DNA of 64,000 nucleotides from a virus: IMG/VR virus record IMGVR_UViG_3300031087_000014; one strand, 5' to 3'. Position 1 is the stretch's first letter, and the number at the start of each line of letters is the position of its first letter. The notes under the pieces are model-generated. The model was not told the origin of the DNA. It searched no databases and was given only the letters and a program-made list of their open reading frames with translations. Shown one piece after another: positions 1 through 9,729 of the stretch. The translations under genes and the position numbers were made by a program.

Positions 1-1
1 A

Positions 2-457
2 GGTCTAAAGCTTAAGACATATAAGGACACAGAAGGTTACTGGACTATCGGGATTGGTCATCTTTTAACTAAGAAACCATCCTTGGACGTAGCAATAAGT
101 GTTTTGGATTCCCAAGTAGGGAGAAAGACTCAAGGGTCTATCACCGAAGACGAAGCCCGAAAGCTGTTCCAAAGTGATGTTAACTCTGCTGTTAAGTCGA
201 TCAAGGTTGATTCAACACTCGGCCCACTTTACGCCAAATATGATGATGCAAGGAAACAAGCACTGATTAATATGGTTTTCCAAATGGGGAGTGCAGGCAC
301 TGCATCTTTCAAAAATAGCTTAGGCTTGATTGCGGATAAGAATTACGCAGTTGCTGGGGCTAATATGAGGAAGAGTAAGTGGTATCGCCAGACACCGAAT
401 AGAGCAGAACGTGTTATTAAGGTGTTAACAACAGGCACATTTGATGCCTACAACTAA
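2..457 (+). CDS. e: T4-type lysozyme (GH24), 5'-truncated by the window edge
   Basis: Frame 2 reads GLKLKTYKDTEGYWTIGIGHLLTK...ALINMVFQMG...KSKWYRQTPNRAERVI..TGTFDAY, colinear with T4 lysozyme. The ORF-track start at 83 is internal. Confidence 0.93.
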   Translation, partial: GLKLKTYKDTEGYWTIGIGHLLTKKPSLDVAISVLDSQVGRKTQGSITEDEARKLFQSDVNSAVKSIKVDSTLGPLYAKYDDARKQALINMVFQMGSAGTASFKNSLGLIADKNYAVAGANMRKSKWYRQTPNRAERVIKVLTTGTFDAYN

Positions 458-488
458 TTAAGGGGCTTTGCCCCTTTCAGGAGCAATA

Positions 489-1223
489 ATGGGAAAGAGT
501 AGCCGTAAGTCTATTAAATCTTTTGATACCTCCGCACCACGTAGCAAATATCAAGAGAAGAACGCAGAAACAGCACCCGATTATAAGCTGGGAGATTTCA
601 TCCCTACCGAAAAACAGAATCAGATTGTCAATAGTATCGAATGGAATGATCTGACCATCGTAAACGGTAAAGCTGGTACGGGTAAGACCTCTACCGCACT
701 TTGGGCTGCAATCAAGAAGCTCAAGCAAGGGGAAACACGTAGAGTGCTATTCCTCAAGAACCCAACAGAAGTAGGTGACGATCAGATTGGCTTCCTTTCT
801 GGTGACAAAAAGGATAAACTTGTCGCTCACTATGCTACAACAAAAAGAGTGTTCCATCAGTTTGTATCACCAGGTAAGTTAGAGTCAGATATTGCCAATG
901 GTAAGATTGAACTTGAAATTCCAAACTACGCTTTAGGTGCGACTTGGGATGATTCGATTGTTATCATTGACGAGAGCCAGTTAATGTCGCCTGAAACAAT
1001 CAAGCTACTGCTTGAGCGTACAGGACAGAACACAAAAGTGGTAATTGTTGGTGATGTGACGCAAACTTACGCAGTTAAGAAGCGCCAGAACGGTTTAGCA
1101 GATTTAGTAAGTAGAGTAACCGACAACGGAGTTCCAAACAGGGACTTTATCGGGTATATTACGCTGGAATCTGAGGACAACCAGAGGTCAAGACTTTCTC
1201 AGTACATTACTGAGGTATATTAA
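489..1223 (+). CDS. phoH: PhoH-like ATPase
   Basis: GKAGTGKT Walker A, IGFLSGD, IIDESQ, VIVGDVTQ, NGLADL and RSRLS motifs; AGGAG RBS before ATG 489. Confidence 0.92.
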   Translation: MGKSSRKSIKSFDTSAPRSKYQEKNAETAPDYKLGDFIPTEKQNQIVNSIEWNDLTIVNGKAGTGKTSTALWAAIKKLKQGETRRVLFLKNPTEVGDDQIGFLSGDKKDKLVAHYATTKRVFHQFVSPGKLESDIANGKIELEIPNYALGATWDDSIVIIDESQLMSPETIKLLLERTGQNTKVVIVGDVTQTYAVKKRQNGLADLVSRVTDNGVPNRDFIGYITLESEDNQRSRLSQYITEVY

Positions 1224-1264
1224 ATAAGCAATGGGCAGGGAAGCCCTTATAACGAGGAGAATGT

Positions 1265-1741
1265 ATGCAGTTAGTTGAGATTGATCGTAGTGGTGTTGAA
1301 GCCTGCTATCAGGCAGGTATGGTTAAGCCAAACGAGTTTCGTCAGATTTTTATGGATCTTCTTGCAAAAGAGGTACAACTTCGGTTAGAGTCCACCACTC
1401 CTTTCCAGGTAGTGTCTGCTCTGTTCACTCAAGAGTACTTTCTTGAATTCTATCAGAAGCTGGCGGGAACAAAAGATGATTTAGTTCAATGCGTGATCGA
1501 TATCGCAACTTCCGAGCCAGAACTGCTGCTGATCGACCAAGAAGAAGCTAAACGCCTTTTCTTGAGCTATGTGTTCTACCGTAAAGCAGTTATTGTCCGT
1601 GATTGTAGTGATATCTTTAAGCACGAGCTAGTAGAGTCCAGCACGATTATGGTTGACAAAGAAACCCTCCGTGCTATAGAATACTTATCCGTCCATTCCT
1701 CCGGTGGTCGGGACTTAATTAAAACTTATTATCAAAACTAA
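1265..1741 (+). CDS. hypothetical protein
   Basis: GAGGAG RBS, 158-aa ORF in the operon. Confidence 0.75.
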   Translation: MQLVEIDRSGVEACYQAGMVKPNEFRQIFMDLLAKEVQLRLESTTPFQVVSALFTQEYFLEFYQKLAGTKDDLVQCVIDIATSEPELLLIDQEEAKRLFLSYVFYRKAVIVRDCSDIFKHELVESSTIMVDKETLRAIEYLSVHSSGGRDLIKTYYQN

Positions 1742-1750
1742 GGAGGTTGA

Positions 1751-2392
1751 ATGACTACAATTATTGCTACCCGAGATGCAATCTATAGTGACGGGATGAT
1801 TACAGTCGGGGATCGTGTTGACAGCGTTAACTTCAACAAGGTAAGAAAGATTGAAGGATACCTTGTAGGTGGTGCTGGTCGCTTATCCTCTATCCTAACA
1901 TTCTTCTCTTGGATGGAAGAACGTATCAAAGCAGAACGTCTGTCCGAGGAACTGCCCAGCTTGGATTTTGATAATGATCCAGAAAAAGACGACGAAGAGT
2001 TTACTGCTTTAGTTGTTCATCCTGACGGTGAAATCTATTTGCACGAAGGCAATGATCCTTCACGAGCATATCCAATTGATACGGAGTATTATGCAGTCGG
2101 AAGCGGTAGTGACTACGCATTAGCAGCATTAGATGCAGGAGCCACACCAGAAGTTGCTATGGATGTTGCCAAGTTTAGAGATGCATTCTCAGGTGGAGCA
2201 ACATTCTCAGAACATATCCCGCCAGAAGAAAAGAAAGTCGAACTTACGGATGAAGTTATGGGACTTATGAGCAAGGAAGAGTTGATGCACCTTATCAAAA
2301 CAGGAGTACCACTTGGAAAACCCGAACAAGTATTTGTTAGCAGCAGACCAAATCCTGAGTCTGACACCAGAAGCCAAACACCTACTGGCTGA
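1751..2392 (+). CDS. HslV/proteasome-like Ntn peptidase
   Basis: N-terminal MTTII (catalytic Thr), D..K, GGAG, AVGSGSDYALAAL, D.FSGG. Confidence 0.85.
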   Translation: MTTIIATRDAIYSDGMITVGDRVDSVNFNKVRKIEGYLVGGAGRLSSILTFFSWMEERIKAERLSEELPSLDFDNDPEKDDEEFTALVVHPDGEIYLHEGNDPSRAYPIDTEYYAVGSGSDYALAALDAGATPEVAMDVAKFRDAFSGGATFSEHIPPEEKKVELTDEVMGLMSKEELMHLIKTGVPLGKPEQVFVSSRPNPESDTRSQTPTG

Positions 2393-2486
2393 GTTGATCG
2401 AGGAAGCCGAGAAATCGGCTTTTAAAGACGGCTTCAATAAAGGATATAATGCAGGTTTCATTGAGCATAAGTATTTACCTTTCTAA
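2313..2486 (+). CDS. small hypothetical protein (57 aa) overlapping the peptidase 3' end; absent from the ORF track
   Basis: AGGAG 6 nt before TTG 2313; reads MENPNKYLLAADQILSLTPEAKHLLAELIEEAEKSAFKDGFNKGYNAGFIEHKYLPF and fills the gap to the next RBS. Confidence 0.55.
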   Translation: MENPNKYLLAADQILSLTPEAKHLLAELIEEAEKSAFKDGFNKGYNAGFIEHKYLPF

Positions 2487-2494
2487 GGAGAAGT

Positions 2495-2920
2495 ATGTTA
2501 ATTACTAAAGTGGAAGTATTGGCGAAACATTTCGCCTTTCAGCAAACGAGGAAGCTAGGCAGAAACCTACGAATCGCAATGGCACGTAAAATGTATTGGG
2601 TGCCTGGAAAAGGCATCTTCGGGAATTTCTATGACAACTACACCAACGTGTTTGGTGAGGCAATGTTAAAGAATCCTAAAAATGAAGAGATCCTTGATAC
2701 GTTGCTTGCAATGGATAAGATTTCCGTGGTAAACTATAATTTACTAGCCTTCTATGACGAAACTATGCAGGGTGAGGAGATGTTCCAAGCCCTGTTAGCT
2801 AAGTTTGAAGATAAAGAAGAACTTGACATTGATGAAAGATGTGTTAATATCGTCAGGTTCCTCGGAGACTTCAATGAAGAGACTCACGAAGGTAAGGGTG
2901 TGAAATGCCCGCAACTTTAA
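2495..2920 (+). CDS. hypothetical protein
   Basis: AAGGAG RBS, 141-aa ORF. Confidence 0.7.
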   Translation: MLITKVEVLAKHFAFQQTRKLGRNLRIAMARKMYWVPGKGIFGNFYDNYTNVFGEAMLKNPKNEEILDTLLAMDKISVVNYNLLAFYDETMQGEEMFQALLAKFEDKEELDIDERCVNIVRFLGDFNEETHEGKGVKCPQL

Positions 2921-3426
2921 AAAAGAAGTCTGAAAGAAATGCAAATGACTACTACCCAACACCAGACTCAGCTATTGAGCCAATGTTGAATGTAATCAAC
3001 TACGGTAGCATTGTAAAGGATTGGCGATTTGCTGAACCTTGCCGTGGAGAAGCAAAAGCAATATACAAGTACTTGCCTTTTGGAAGCGAGTACTGTGAGT
3101 TATCGGAAGGGAAAGATTATCTACTGTCTGAATGGAATGAAAAGCCAGATTGCATAATCACAAACCCGCCCTTCTCGATAGCTACCGAATTCTTAGAGAA
3201 GAGTCTTGCAGAGGCTGATGTTTGTATTTTCCTCTTGCGACTTGGCTTCTTAGAATCTGTGAGACGAAAGGAGTTCCACGATAAATATCCAGTGGATCAT
3301 CTGATTGTCCTCAGTAAGCGTCCATCGTTCTCGGGAGACGGAAAAACAGACGGCACAGCTTACGCTTGGTTTGTCTATGATCCGAAGAAGAGATTAGGAC
3401 TACAAAAATCGATATATGTCGTATAA
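2905..3426 (+). CDS. DNA N6-adenine (amino) methyltransferase
   Basis: DYYPTP, EPCRGE (motif I variant), IITNPPF (motif IV), LRLGFLES..R, AYAWFV. Confidence 0.85.
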   Translation: MPATLKKKSERNANDYYPTPDSAIEPMLNVINYGSIVKDWRFAEPCRGEAKAIYKYLPFGSEYCELSEGKDYLLSEWNEKPDCIITNPPFSIATEFLEKSLAEADVCIFLLRLGFLESVRRKEFHDKYPVDHLIVLSKRPSFSGDGKTDGTAYAWFVYDPKKRLGLQKSIYVV

Positions 3427-3439
3427 TTAAGGAAATATA

Positions 3440-3873
3440 ATGGCTTCATATCAGAACTACCTAGTTCGTTACAGTGTTTCACAGAAGAGCACCATCGGTG
3501 CAGGCGTTGTGAGCACTACAGAGTCAGATGCAAAAGTAGCTGGAAGCAAAGTACTAGCCTCAGCCTTCGGTGTACCTGTCTCTCAGGATAAAGTATTCGT
3601 TTCAGTAATGGATGCTCCGGTAACAACCTAAAAATCTTGCCCTCTTTCGGGAGGGCTTTTTCGTAGGAGGGAATTATGCAGCAACAAGTGGAAGTAGTTC
3701 AAACCTTCACTTCAAAAGCATCCGCATTAAACTTTATGCAGTTTTTGAACGTGGATCGTATCTTACTCGATAGTACAGGCTCTGAATACAAGGTTGTATA
3801 TGCCGCACTACGTAGCACAGTGGACGGTGAAGTTGTACCCAAAGAAGAAGAGACCAGTGTTATCACCTCATAA
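3440..3873 (+). CDS. two small hypothetical proteins (3440-3631, 3676-3873)
   Basis: Both have good RBSs and are separated by a terminator. Confidence 0.65.
3638..3663 (+). terminator. rho-independent terminator
   Basis: GCCCTCT-TTCG-GGAGGGC followed by a T-run. Confidence 0.85.
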
Positions 3874-3883
3874 GGGGTAATAA

Positions 3884-4471
3884 ATGCTCTTAAGTGCAAG
3901 TGGTTATGTCAGTTCCGAAATACTGACCAAAGCAATTCTACAGGCTTCAAAAGATCGTAAGCCATTGTCGTTGCCTATGTGTGTGGATTTTGATAGTGTA
4001 TACCAAAGCCATATTTCGCATCTTTACGTGCGTAGAAACAACGTAGACAACGTAACAGAAAACACATTCTATGTTACTACACCCAAGCAAGCTATCATCA
4101 ATCAGTCTAAGATGGATCTCTTGCCCAAGTCAGGAGATTATTTCAGCATTCTCCCTTGTAGAAGCCTAGACGTAGAGGGGATGACGTGTTATTCTACTGA
4201 GATGTGCGTAGAGCTAATAGATTTTGGGCATAACACAATGTCTAAGATCGTAACAGAGATTAAATCTTTCCTAATCTCTCTTGGAGTACAACGGAAGTAT
4301 ATTGACTTCGTTATCTCAGAGAAAGAAGGAGAGGGTGTGGAAGTATGGGTAAACCTTATTAAGGTTGGTAATGTAATTTGCTTTGATACTCCTAACGGAC
4401 GTACCGTTACGGTAGGAACCCTTGCAAAAGAACCTTTATTGTCTTATGCTGTAGAGGTGTCAACAAGTTAA
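3884..4471 (+). CDS. degenerate class II aaRS-core-like phage protein
   Basis: GDYFSILPC, VELID, VWVNLIKVGN and VGTLAKEPLLS echo the phage family pattern TPCFRDE...EL...NGIE.GSYG...GTG.AEPR.S, with the catalytic Arg residues lost. Confidence 0.4.
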   Translation: MLLSASGYVSSEILTKAILQASKDRKPLSLPMCVDFDSVYQSHISHLYVRRNNVDNVTENTFYVTTPKQAIINQSKMDLLPKSGDYFSILPCRSLDVEGMTCYSTEMCVELIDFGHNTMSKIVTEIKSFLISLGVQRKYIDFVISEKEGEGVEVWVNLIKVGNVICFDTPNGRTVTVGTLAKEPLLSYAVEVSTS

Positions 4472-4483
4472 ACGGAGGTAGTA

Positions 4484-5242
4484 ATGTTTCAGCAAAATAT
4501 TAAAGAGGGTGATGGTAAACGAGTTTTAGTGTTTGGTGATGTTCACGGAGCCTGGCACTTGCTGGAAAAGGCTATCCACGATCTAGCTATTGAAAAGGGA
4601 GATGTAAAAGTCTTTCTTGGTGATCTAACAGACCGAGGAACCGAAAACCTCAAGTGTGTTGACTACGCGGTTAACACAGAAAACTCATATGTTGTTCGCG
4701 GTAATCACGACGATATGTTGATTCAAGGTTTGCTGGAAGGGGATCAGAGAAACTATCTGGGATGGTTACAGAACGGTGGAAAGACCGTATTAGCAGAAGT
4801 TGGTGAAGAGGGTAGTACTTGTTTGGCAGTGATGCTGGAGAACAAGTCTTATTACCTCATTACGATGGAAGTTAATAGTAAGATGTACGCTTTCAGCCAC
4901 GCAGAATACCCGCTGGAGTTGGAAGAAGTGCCACCTCAAGCTTTGGAAAAAGTTCTTGAGCGCGTTTATCCTGATGACCTCGATCAAGCGAAAGCAGAGA
5001 TTGCTCAAATGCTTTGCTGGAACAGAACTATTATTGGTGCGATTGAGCAAGGATATAAACTTCCTGACGTACCTGGCGTGGAGATGATTTTCCACGGACA
5101 TACTGGAGTGAAAGAGCCTGTTATTCACGGCAACCGAGCCTATATCGATACGGGATCAGTGTTCACCCAGAAACTTACAGTGGCTGTTATCGAACCTGAC
5201 GGCGAGATCTGGTATTACAATACCAAAATGGAGGAGCTATAA
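4484..5242 (+). CDS. Ser/Thr protein phosphatase (lambda NinI/PphA-like metallophosphoesterase)
   Basis: GDVHG, GDLTDRG, RGNHD, HA, HGHT, IDTG motifs. Confidence 0.93.
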   Translation: MFQQNIKEGDGKRVLVFGDVHGAWHLLEKAIHDLAIEKGDVKVFLGDLTDRGTENLKCVDYAVNTENSYVVRGNHDDMLIQGLLEGDQRNYLGWLQNGGKTVLAEVGEEGSTCLAVMLENKSYYLITMEVNSKMYAFSHAEYPLELEEVPPQALEKVLERVYPDDLDQAKAEIAQMLCWNRTIIGAIEQGYKLPDVPGVEMIFHGHTGVKEPVIHGNRAYIDTGSVFTQKLTVAVIEPDGEIWYYNTKMEEL

Positions 5243-5474
5243 ATGTTCAAGATTAAAGTAATTAAGAAAGTCGGAGATGTGGAAACCATTGTTGAAGTGG
5301 ATACAGATAGCGTTGATATGGCCTTAGCCATTCTACGCCACAACGATGTTATTTCAATTACCAGCGATGTACCAAACCGTAATATTGATTTCGATTGGCA
5401 AGATTTCATTCGGAAGTCTAAAGAATACGGTTTACCCCAGACGCCTATGACGATCACTTGTTAAGGAGGTAAAA

Positions 5475-6194
5475 GTGCTAGTTGGAGAACTTCCACCAGA
5501 AGTAAGAGAGTTGCATCACCTCTTGTGGAAATATGCAGATAAGTATAATCTGTCTTTTGAAGAGGCTGTATCTGAGGTAACAAGATTATCTCGGGAGTTT
5601 CAGGATTCCCAGGAAGAGCAGTCTCAAGAAGGCCCGAGCAACTTGCTAGCATACACTGGTGTGGGCAGTCGTGAAGTGAGTGATGAAGAGTTTGACCTTA
5701 TGGAAGCCGTTGCAAAGTGGTTAGCTGGTCAAGGCTATGTATTGCGTAGCGGAAAAGCTCTAGGGAGCGACAGTGCCTTTGAAAGCGGTGTAAACCTTGC
5801 AGGCGATATCTCTAAGAAAGAGATCTACACTCCTTGGGAAAAGTTTAACGGCAATGACTTGGAAGGCGAAACAATCCCTCTGGGTAAACCTTCTACTGTT
5901 GATTTTGGAATCTCGTTGAAACTTGTACGAGAGATCCATCCAGCAGCAGACAGATTATCTCAGGGTGCGCTAAAACTTCATCAACGTAACTGCCACCAAG
6001 TGTTAGGTAAAAGCCTGGAGAATCCTATTCCTTCACGTTTTCTGCTTGCCTGTGGTAAAGAAGATAAGGACGGAAATGTTCAAGGTGGTACTCGTACTGC
6101 TTGGATGCTAGCTAAGAAATATGGCGTCCCTTGCCTGAACATTCGAGGGAAGACGAAGAAAGAGATCTTCGCTTTCCTTAAGCAAGTGATGTAA
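5475..6194 (+). CDS. SLOG/DprA-like Rossmann-fold protein
   Basis: YTGVGSRE, LRSGKALGSDSAFE, HP, RN..QVLG, GGTRTAW. Confidence 0.75.
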   Translation: MLVGELPPEVRELHHLLWKYADKYNLSFEEAVSEVTRLSREFQDSQEEQSQEGPSNLLAYTGVGSREVSDEEFDLMEAVAKWLAGQGYVLRSGKALGSDSAFESGVNLAGDISKKEIYTPWEKFNGNDLEGETIPLGKPSTVDFGISLKLVREIHPAADRLSQGALKLHQRNCHQVLGKSLENPIPSRFLLACGKEDKDGNVQGGTRTAWMLAKKYGVPCLNIRGKTKKEIFAFLKQVM

Positions 6195-6264
6195 CATATC
6201 AGGGGCACAACTGTTTAAATAGCGGTTAGTGTCCTTAATCAAACACCCTACAGAGGAGAAGAAT

Positions 6265-7430
6265 ATGTCAGAACATATAATTGCAGAAAATGGAATGGAA
6301 GCTAGCTTTGTAAAAAGCTGGGAAGGTTGGGATGAAATGGATACCTCCGATCTCTATTTCTATGACGTAAAGCTGCTGCCAGGTATTTTCCCTGCACACG
6401 TCTACGAACGTGAAGCAGAAGTTAAAGCTTCCGGTGGTCAGATTGATCTAGGTATCTGGGGCCAAACCAGTGTTATCGAACTTTATGACGGCAACGAAGA
6501 GCCAATCTTCAAATCTCAGTTTAAACTCGTATTAGTGGAGGAAGTATAATGGCAAAGTTAGGTGAAGTATTTATTGATCGTTGGGATGACGAAGCTTATA
6601 TCTGTATCTATGACGGAAAGACACGTCTTGATCAAGCAAATCCTACTCAGCTTGTAGATTGGAACTTTGATCCAGAAGCTTTGGATGAACACGTTTCAGA
6701 ATACCCAGGCACAGCAGCATACCTTAGCGAATACGGTGATGTGGAAGACTACGATAGTATGATGGATGATCGCAACTTACGTTCTCAGAGTGATATTGAA
6801 GAAGGCAAAAAGCTATACAAGAAAATCAAGAAAGCCTTAAAGCAAGTAGAAGGTTTAGATTTAGATAACCTAATTCTTTCTGATGGTGTTGTCTACAACG
6901 GTAACAGTGCGTGTTGTGATTACATCCAAGGTACTTATGCTTGGTGTTCAAGTTCAATGGAGTGCTAAATGATTGCATACAAAGAGCCAACAAAACGTTT
7001 TAATATTGACAAGCTTCAATTTTCAGACTATGGCTCTGCGTTGACAAAGTTACTGTTTGATCGTCTTCCTTCCGCTATGAAGATCGAACTATCCACCTCC
7101 GATGTGTTTCACAGACCTTCGGAGGAACCGATAAAATTGGTTCAGTATACTTTTGATGCAGAGTTAGATAAACAGGACATTCGGGAACTAGGATTCATTG
7201 CACAAGGGCTGACTCCAGATCACGGAACTTTCTTTGAGAAGATCCTGACAGTTATCTACAATCAGATTCACGCCGAAGTGAAGCATTTGTTTGAGCACGG
7301 AGTTCCGAAGGATTTTCAGACTTTAGTATTCCAAGCAAACCCAGCCGGATATGCTATCACCGGATATGTCAGGGATAATACAATCAGCATTACAACCGTG
7401 TTTAAGGTGGTGTCTAATGTTACAAACTAA
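6265..7430 (+). CDS. three hypothetical proteins (6265-6549, 6549-6968, 6969-7430)
   Basis: Translationally coupled ORFs with RBSs. Confidence 0.65.
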
Positions 7431-7956
7431 GGTAATATCTCTGGTTGCTGGCCCTGGGGCTGGCAAATCCACTACAGCCGCTGGTATCTTCCATAATATG
7501 AAGATCGACCAGAAGTACAAGGTGGAGTTGGTTACTGAGGTAATCAAAGATGCAGTGTATGATGACAATACAGGTATGCTGGATGACCAATTACTGCTAA
7601 CTGCAACTCAGAACCACGCCCTGCATCGTTTAGTCGGAAAGGTAGATTACGTTATCAGTGATGCTTGTCTTCTAAATGGTATCGTGTATAATCGTTTTTA
7701 CAATACGCCAAGTATCTTGGATAATCTGATTCTCACCTTATTCAAGGACTACGACAATACAGTAATTATGTTGCCTCGTAAGGCAAAGTATGAGGGATAC
7801 GGCAGAAGCCAGACAGAACAAGAAGCCAAGGATATTGACCAACTTTTCATTGACGTTCTGGAGGAACTTGGTGTACCATATCACGACTTAAGACAATGTG
7901 GACTCACCACAAGAGAGTTACCACTTCATATCATCGACTTAATTGGAGGTAAATAA
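7417..7956 (+). CDS. NadR-like/AAA_28 P-loop kinase
   Basis: AGPGAGKST, VTE..K, YVISD, GRSQT..EA..ID. Confidence 0.8.
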   Translation: MLQTKVISLVAGPGAGKSTTAAGIFHNMKIDQKYKVELVTEVIKDAVYDDNTGMLDDQLLLTATQNHALHRLVGKVDYVISDACLLNGIVYNRFYNTPSILDNLILTLFKDYDNTVIMLPRKAKYEGYGRSQTEQEAKDIDQLFIDVLEELGVPYHDLRQCGLTTRELPLHIIDLIGGK

Positions 7957-8153
7957 TGGATTCAACTAAAGCACGTAAGGTAGTACAGAATGCAATCAAC
8001 TCTATCACCCCTAACCTGACAGAGGGCCGTAACAGCTTCACTCTGGAAGACGGTGTTGAAGTTGTTATCAATGTACCTCAGAAAGAGGTAGAGTCTCACG
8101 AAGAATCTTGGTGGGAATCCTCAGAAGAATATTGGGACGATAGTGGTTGCTAA
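7956..8153 (+). CDS. small acidic protein with Trp/Ser/Cys C-terminus
   Basis: GGAGG RBS; ends ESWWESSEEYWDDSGC. Confidence 0.7.
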   Translation: MDSTKARKVVQNAINSITPNLTEGRNSFTLEDGVEVVINVPQKEVESHEESWWESSEEYWDDSGC

Positions 8154-8170
8154 TCCCAACAATATTTGAT

Positions 8171-8194
8171 AGCCTACTTCGGTAGGCTTTTTTA
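8171..8194 (+). terminator. rho-independent terminator
   Basis: AGCCTAC-TTCG-GTAGGCT plus T-run. Confidence 0.88.
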
Positions 8195-8757
8195 CGTTAG
8201 GAGGAAATGAAATGAGAGCAGTATCTGGTGATTGTGTTTTTGGTGGATGTATAGCGATTGTATTTGGTTTGGACGATGAATACCCTATGGGTGCTACAGT
8301 TCACGTCCAGCATCGTATAGATGAAAACCCTATCTGGTTTTGCATCTATGACTGTCCAGTAGACGGCTACAAAGAAGTATACCTGGATGAAAAGAATCTG
8401 AGTCGAGTCACCCCAGAAGACGAGGATACGATTGAGCGTTATTGGGGATCTAATGGAGGTGTGTATGCGTGACATTGTTTTTATGATTATTGATGAACAC
8501 GGAATTCCAACGTGGTTCCCTACGACTGCTCTGGCTAACCACTATATTGAAAAGAGTGGGCTGGAGGGATACACAGAGATTCATCGTATCGATATCCCTA
8601 AGATCCAAGAGGAACTACTTACCTCTAAAGAATCCATCGAAGAACTGTTTAACTTTTAGGAGAACGTATGTCACTACACTTGCACGGCTTAGGTAACGTT
8701 TTAATATTCGCTGTCATCCTCGTAATAGCTTGGGAATGGTGGAAACGGAGTTAACAA

Positions 8758-8910
8758 GAGGAGCCTAACGGCTCCTTTTCTTTTATATAAGACACTCTAA
8801 GAGCCTCTAACAGGTCAGCAATACGTTTCCCTACCTTAGAATCATAAAACCTCTTAGAATCGCTCCCACGAATCGTAGGCAATAAAAAAGGAGCCTTTCG
8901 GCTCCCTCTC
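8758..8910. terminator. convergent terminator pair between the + and - gene blocks
   Basis: GGAGCC-TAAC-GGCTCC-TTTT on + (8760-8780); GGAGCC-GAAA-GGCTCC-TTTTTT on - (8885-8905). Confidence 0.8.
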
Positions 8911-9729
8911 TCATCCTTCCAGATGCTTTTCGATAATCTCACAGAACTCTGGGTCACTGAAAACGTCTCCAGCGCCTTTCCTCCAGATTTTACCTCCTGC
9001 CTCTTGGATGATCTGCTCTTCGTTATACAAACCGTGAGGGTTTACCTCGTGTACCTGCAAACCAAACCTACGGGCCTTCGGGATCAGTTCACTCCAGAAG
9101 TTAATCACTAAGTTAGAGCAACCTACAACAACCACCATATCTTGAACTGTCAGATTATCCAGAACGTGATACATCTCAGTGTAAGCTGGGGCATTCTCGT
9201 AGAAGAACACAATGTTAGGCTTAACAAAGAAGTGCTCAGAAACATCCACAGCATTATATCCAACATCGATTACACGCCTAGGATCGCCAGGTGAGTCTTG
9301 GGTAATCACTTCTGGCAAATAACCGTGAATATGGAGGATATCAGATTTAACACCAGCACGTTCCAACAGGTTATCAACGTTAGTAGTCAGGTTAATCACT
9401 TGACCAGGGAAACGGTTAGCCCATTCTGCAATACGGCAATGAGCTAAGTTTGGCTCAACAGTACCCAATTCTTCGCGGCGCTTGTTGTAAAACTCATTGG
9501 TTAGAGTGTACAGGTCAATGCCTTTATCATTTTCATACAGCCAGTGAGCCTTAACCTCTGATCCAGTATACTTCTCAAAACCTGCACGGAAAGCGCGTAA
9601 GTCGCAAACCTCTCCAATATCGTATTCGTCCCACATACTTCTACCGGAAGCGGTGTCGGTACGGAAAGCTCGTACTCCACTCTCAACACTAAGTCCCGCA
9701 CCACTGATTACTATTAAACGTCTAGGCAT
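8911..9729 (-). CDS. Sir2/CobB-like NAD+-dependent deacylase
   Basis: ISGAGLSVESG..FR, TTNVDNLLERAG, HIHG, KPNIVFF, VVGCS; probable start MPRRL at 9729. Confidence 0.9.
   Translation of the reverse strand: MPRRLIVISGAGLSVESGVRAFRTDTASGRSMWDEYDIGEVCDLRAFRAGFEKYTGSEVKAHWLYENDKGIDLYTLTNEFYNKRREELGTVEPNLAHCRIAEWANRFPGQVINLTTNVDNLLERAGVKSDILHIHGYLPEVITQDSPGDPRRVIDVGYNAVDVSEHFFVKPNIVFFYENAPAYTEMYHVLDNLTVQDMVVVVGCSNLVINFWSELIPKARRFGLQVHEVNPHGLYNEEQIIQEAGGKIWRKGAGDVFSDPEFCEIIEKHLEG

Noticed and set aside
2313-2392. Programmed frameshift extending the HslV-like peptidase
   Set aside because: The overlapping frame has its own AGGAG plus TTG start, so an independent gene is the simpler explanation.
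6969-7430. Resemblance to the T4 gp23 capsid segment (QY..E..QD.R)
   Set aside because: Too few matching residues to support by eye.
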